DNA from: Mizuhopecten yessoensis
Taxonomy: Eukaryota
DNA length: 64,000 bases
Assembly (NCBI RefSeq): GCF_002113885.1
Contig: NW_018408713.1
Location: 2,386,908-2,450,907, forward strand
Reading direction: 5' to 3'
Below, piece after piece: positions 61,377 through 64,000 of the stretch; position 1 is the first letter of the stretch, and each line of letters begins with the position of its first letter. The notes under the pieces were generated by a model that worked only from the letters and a program-made list of their open reading frames with translations, did not search any database and was not told the origin of the DNA. Both the position numbers and the translations under genes were made by a program.

Positions 61377-62430
61377 CAAGATTCAAGATTCAAGATTTTT
61401 TCTTTACCGTCGCATATTACAAACAAAATAACATTTGCACTGTAGTGCTATTCTTGCGACAAACAAAGGTAAACACATATAAAGTAATTTAACAACAAAT
61501 ATAACAGAATACTAAAATGGAAGAGAGACACAAATTTATACAATACATAGCATATCACATATAAAGTAGAAATAATATCACAAAAGAAAAATTCCTGAGG
61601 TGAACATCACTATGTGTTTGTGCAAATTGCACAAGAGCATTGTTGGCCATCCCAGGTACGGAGCAGTCTACGAAAAGTTCGGTAGTCCTCTATCTTTCTG
61701 TACTCCGTAGGAAGACTGTTCCACACCCGGGCCTCCTCATATCTAAACGATCTCTTGCCATACATTGTGGTATTCACCCTTGGAATCTTCAGAGTGTTCT
61801 CTCTTCTAAAATTATATAAAACATTTCTTTGTTCAATAAGATCATGTATAAATGATGGTGAAGTGCCATTTATAATCTTGAAAGTTTCTATGGCCATATT
61901 TTTTAAACGAGCAACATGTAAAAAATCAAGATTGTTACTTTTCAATATTACTAAAACTGATGACGTGTAGTCATTTTCAATAAAACGTAGAACCCTCTCT
62001 TGGATCTTCTCCATCTTTCTCGTGTTTGTCAGGTTACAAAAGTGCCAAGCCAAAGGACAGTAGTTCAAATTAGATAGGATAAAAGACTTAAAACTAGCAA
62101 TCTTTCCTTTCTTTGTAAGATGACTACCTAATCTCTTTAAAACTGCTAATTGCTTGGATGCATTCCTTTATAAACGAGAGATATGCACATCAAATTTAAG
62201 AAGGAAATCAATATCTACACCTAAAAGCTTGACACAGTCTTGACATAAAATCTCTACCCCGTTAATGGTAAAAGATGATATTGCTTCATGGGTTTTGTTT
62301 CCAATACAAATAGCCTGGAATTTACCTGGATTGACCTTCATACCATTGGAGGAAAACCAATCTATTAGCGTCTTGCTCTCCTCCTCCAGAGTTTTCTTTC
62401 AAGTGTCAAGGCAGTTACTTATATTTGATA
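61377..62430 (-). mobile_element. 5'-truncated CR1/L2-type LINE
   Basis: WFSSNGMKVNPGKFQ, LLGVDID, NYCPLAWHF..EKIQER and VWNSLP motifs; (TCTTGAA)n tail. Confidence 0.88.
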
Positions 62431-63429
62431 AGTGACGAGTGCTATAATTGTCAGATTCTCTCTGGGTATGAGCGGCAGTAAATCAGTTTCGTGTAACGTC
62501 TCGGCACATTCTACACAGTAAGCTGATATTGGCGATCCCCGAATTTAAGGGACGTACAGGTAAAAAATATTAGTGAATTATGATATATGCCGCATCTGTT
62601 GTTTTTTGCCGAATAGTTGAATGTTAAATGTTGGTCTAGCTTTAGGCTTGCCCCAGAATCCATTTTCCCTTTTCAATACATGTTATTTTGGCGAGTAAAT
62701 TGAATTACAGATGATGTATATTTGATATGTGCATTTATGAGTGTTAACTACTTCAGCAAAGTTACGAATGATATCTAAATCTAAGTGCGGACCATCCCCA
62801 TAACTCCCTTTTCTACAGTTAACCTCTTCCTACAGTTTAACTCTTCGTAGAAACTTAACTACATAAACTTTTTTAAGATGCCTTTAAGGTATATTCCGAA
62901 ATTTAAAAATATACATAGAAAAATCCAACTGTCTTAAGTCTGGTTAGCTTAAATGAGTCTTTTTCAAATCGATTTTGTTAAAAAATAAAAATTACAGGTA
63001 TAGGAATACTTGTGTTGCATCTGAATTGGTTAATTTTAAATCAATACGAGCATGTAGGTGTAGATCCAGATAAATTATTTTCCATCCTATGCCATTAAGC
63101 ATAAATAATTAAGATTCTATTCTTTTAACATTTTCAAAAATGAAATTATATGATAATAACGATTTTTGTCAGTTTGTCGTTAAGCTAATCATGCTTTGAA
63201 AAAGTGGTTCTGGTCGTTATAAATGAGTTGGCTAGCCTCTACATGCAAACATGACGTCAACTTATTATTTTTTTTGTCAAGCAAGATAAATCCGAAAACA
63301 CCTTGATTTTCGCCCTTTCAAGATCTTGTGAACACTTCGTGGTGTAACTGCTTGTTATTCAAGAGTTTTGAGGTAGTGATATTTACGCATGCGCAAATGT
63401 GTGTTCAATTTAGTGGGGGGAAAACAAAA

Positions 63430-63444
63430 ATGGCGGAAGAGCAG
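63430..63444 (+). CDS. Probable first coding exon (MAEEQ) of a downstream gene extending past the right edge
   Basis: aaaATGGCG start context followed by CAG|gtgagg; NRF1-like ACGCATGCGCA at 63385 and a CRE at 63252. Confidence 0.5.
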
Positions 63445-64000
63445 GTGAGGATCGTTCTCAAAACACTCGTTGTAATCTAAATTGTAGAATAAGACAAATG
63501 CGTTGACTGCATGTGCAACACGAAGAAAAACCACAGATATCTTTCCACAAGCCACTTGAGCGCTTAAACATATAGCTTACACTCAAAATCAAGCTATGAT
63601 TTGTGTGGTAACGGTCGAAGCATGACACGAGTTTTGAGTCTTGTGTTTACAGAATTTACGATTCAGTGGTTATGTTGTTGTTGAACACTTGTAAGTTTGT
63701 AGTAACAGTTATGTCGTGATTCATATTGTTTGTGATCAGTCAGTCTAGCTTATCTCATATTCATCCTCGAACAAAGTTCGATTTGTCATCTATGTTGTCA
63801 GTGATAACTTCTCATTTAACAAAAAAAATATATATCGTCCTACAATGTCACATCACACAATTGGTTTACAAAGCCAATGTTATTAAATGCATTTTCAATG
63901 TGTAAGTTTGGATAAATATGTATCTATATGTGCACAAAGAAGCTAGAGTATATGCTGTCAATTTCATGTGCAGCGACGGGGATGTTTATTATAATAGGGG

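Overview
AT-rich, intron-rich animal genomic DNA. The repeat families resemble those of bivalve molluscs; this taxonomic call is an inference. Hand-splicing on both strands gives four gene models. (1) The 5' part of ANAPC4 (APC/C subunit 4) on the minus strand: 14 coding exons from 19688 down to 182 (about 427 aa), continuing past the left edge, plus a probable 5'UTR exon at about 23336-23380. (2) A complete ARHGAP19-like RhoGAP gene on the plus strand, head-to-head with ANAPC4 (23522-45499, about 607 aa), with a 23-nt microexon and a probable alternative TATA-driven first exon. (3) An unrecognised 7-exon minus-strand gene (57244-51347) whose splice phases all join in frame, but which has one in-frame TGA in exon 6. 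(4) A probable first exon (MAEEQ) of a further plus-strand gene at 63430. Introns and the intergenic DNA hold LINE fragments (L1/Tx1, CR1/L2), a Penelope GIY-YIG fragment, several MITE families, Helentron-like elements, a SINE and minisatellites. The most striking pattern is that 4 of 14 ANAPC4 splice donors are copied, together with the end of their exon, into the following intron. Copy number ranges from one extra copy to a ~42-copy array, and wherever I could read it through, use of a copy would disrupt the reading frame. Most six-frame ORFs in the track are spurious. All gene models were built by eye and need RNA-seq confirmation.
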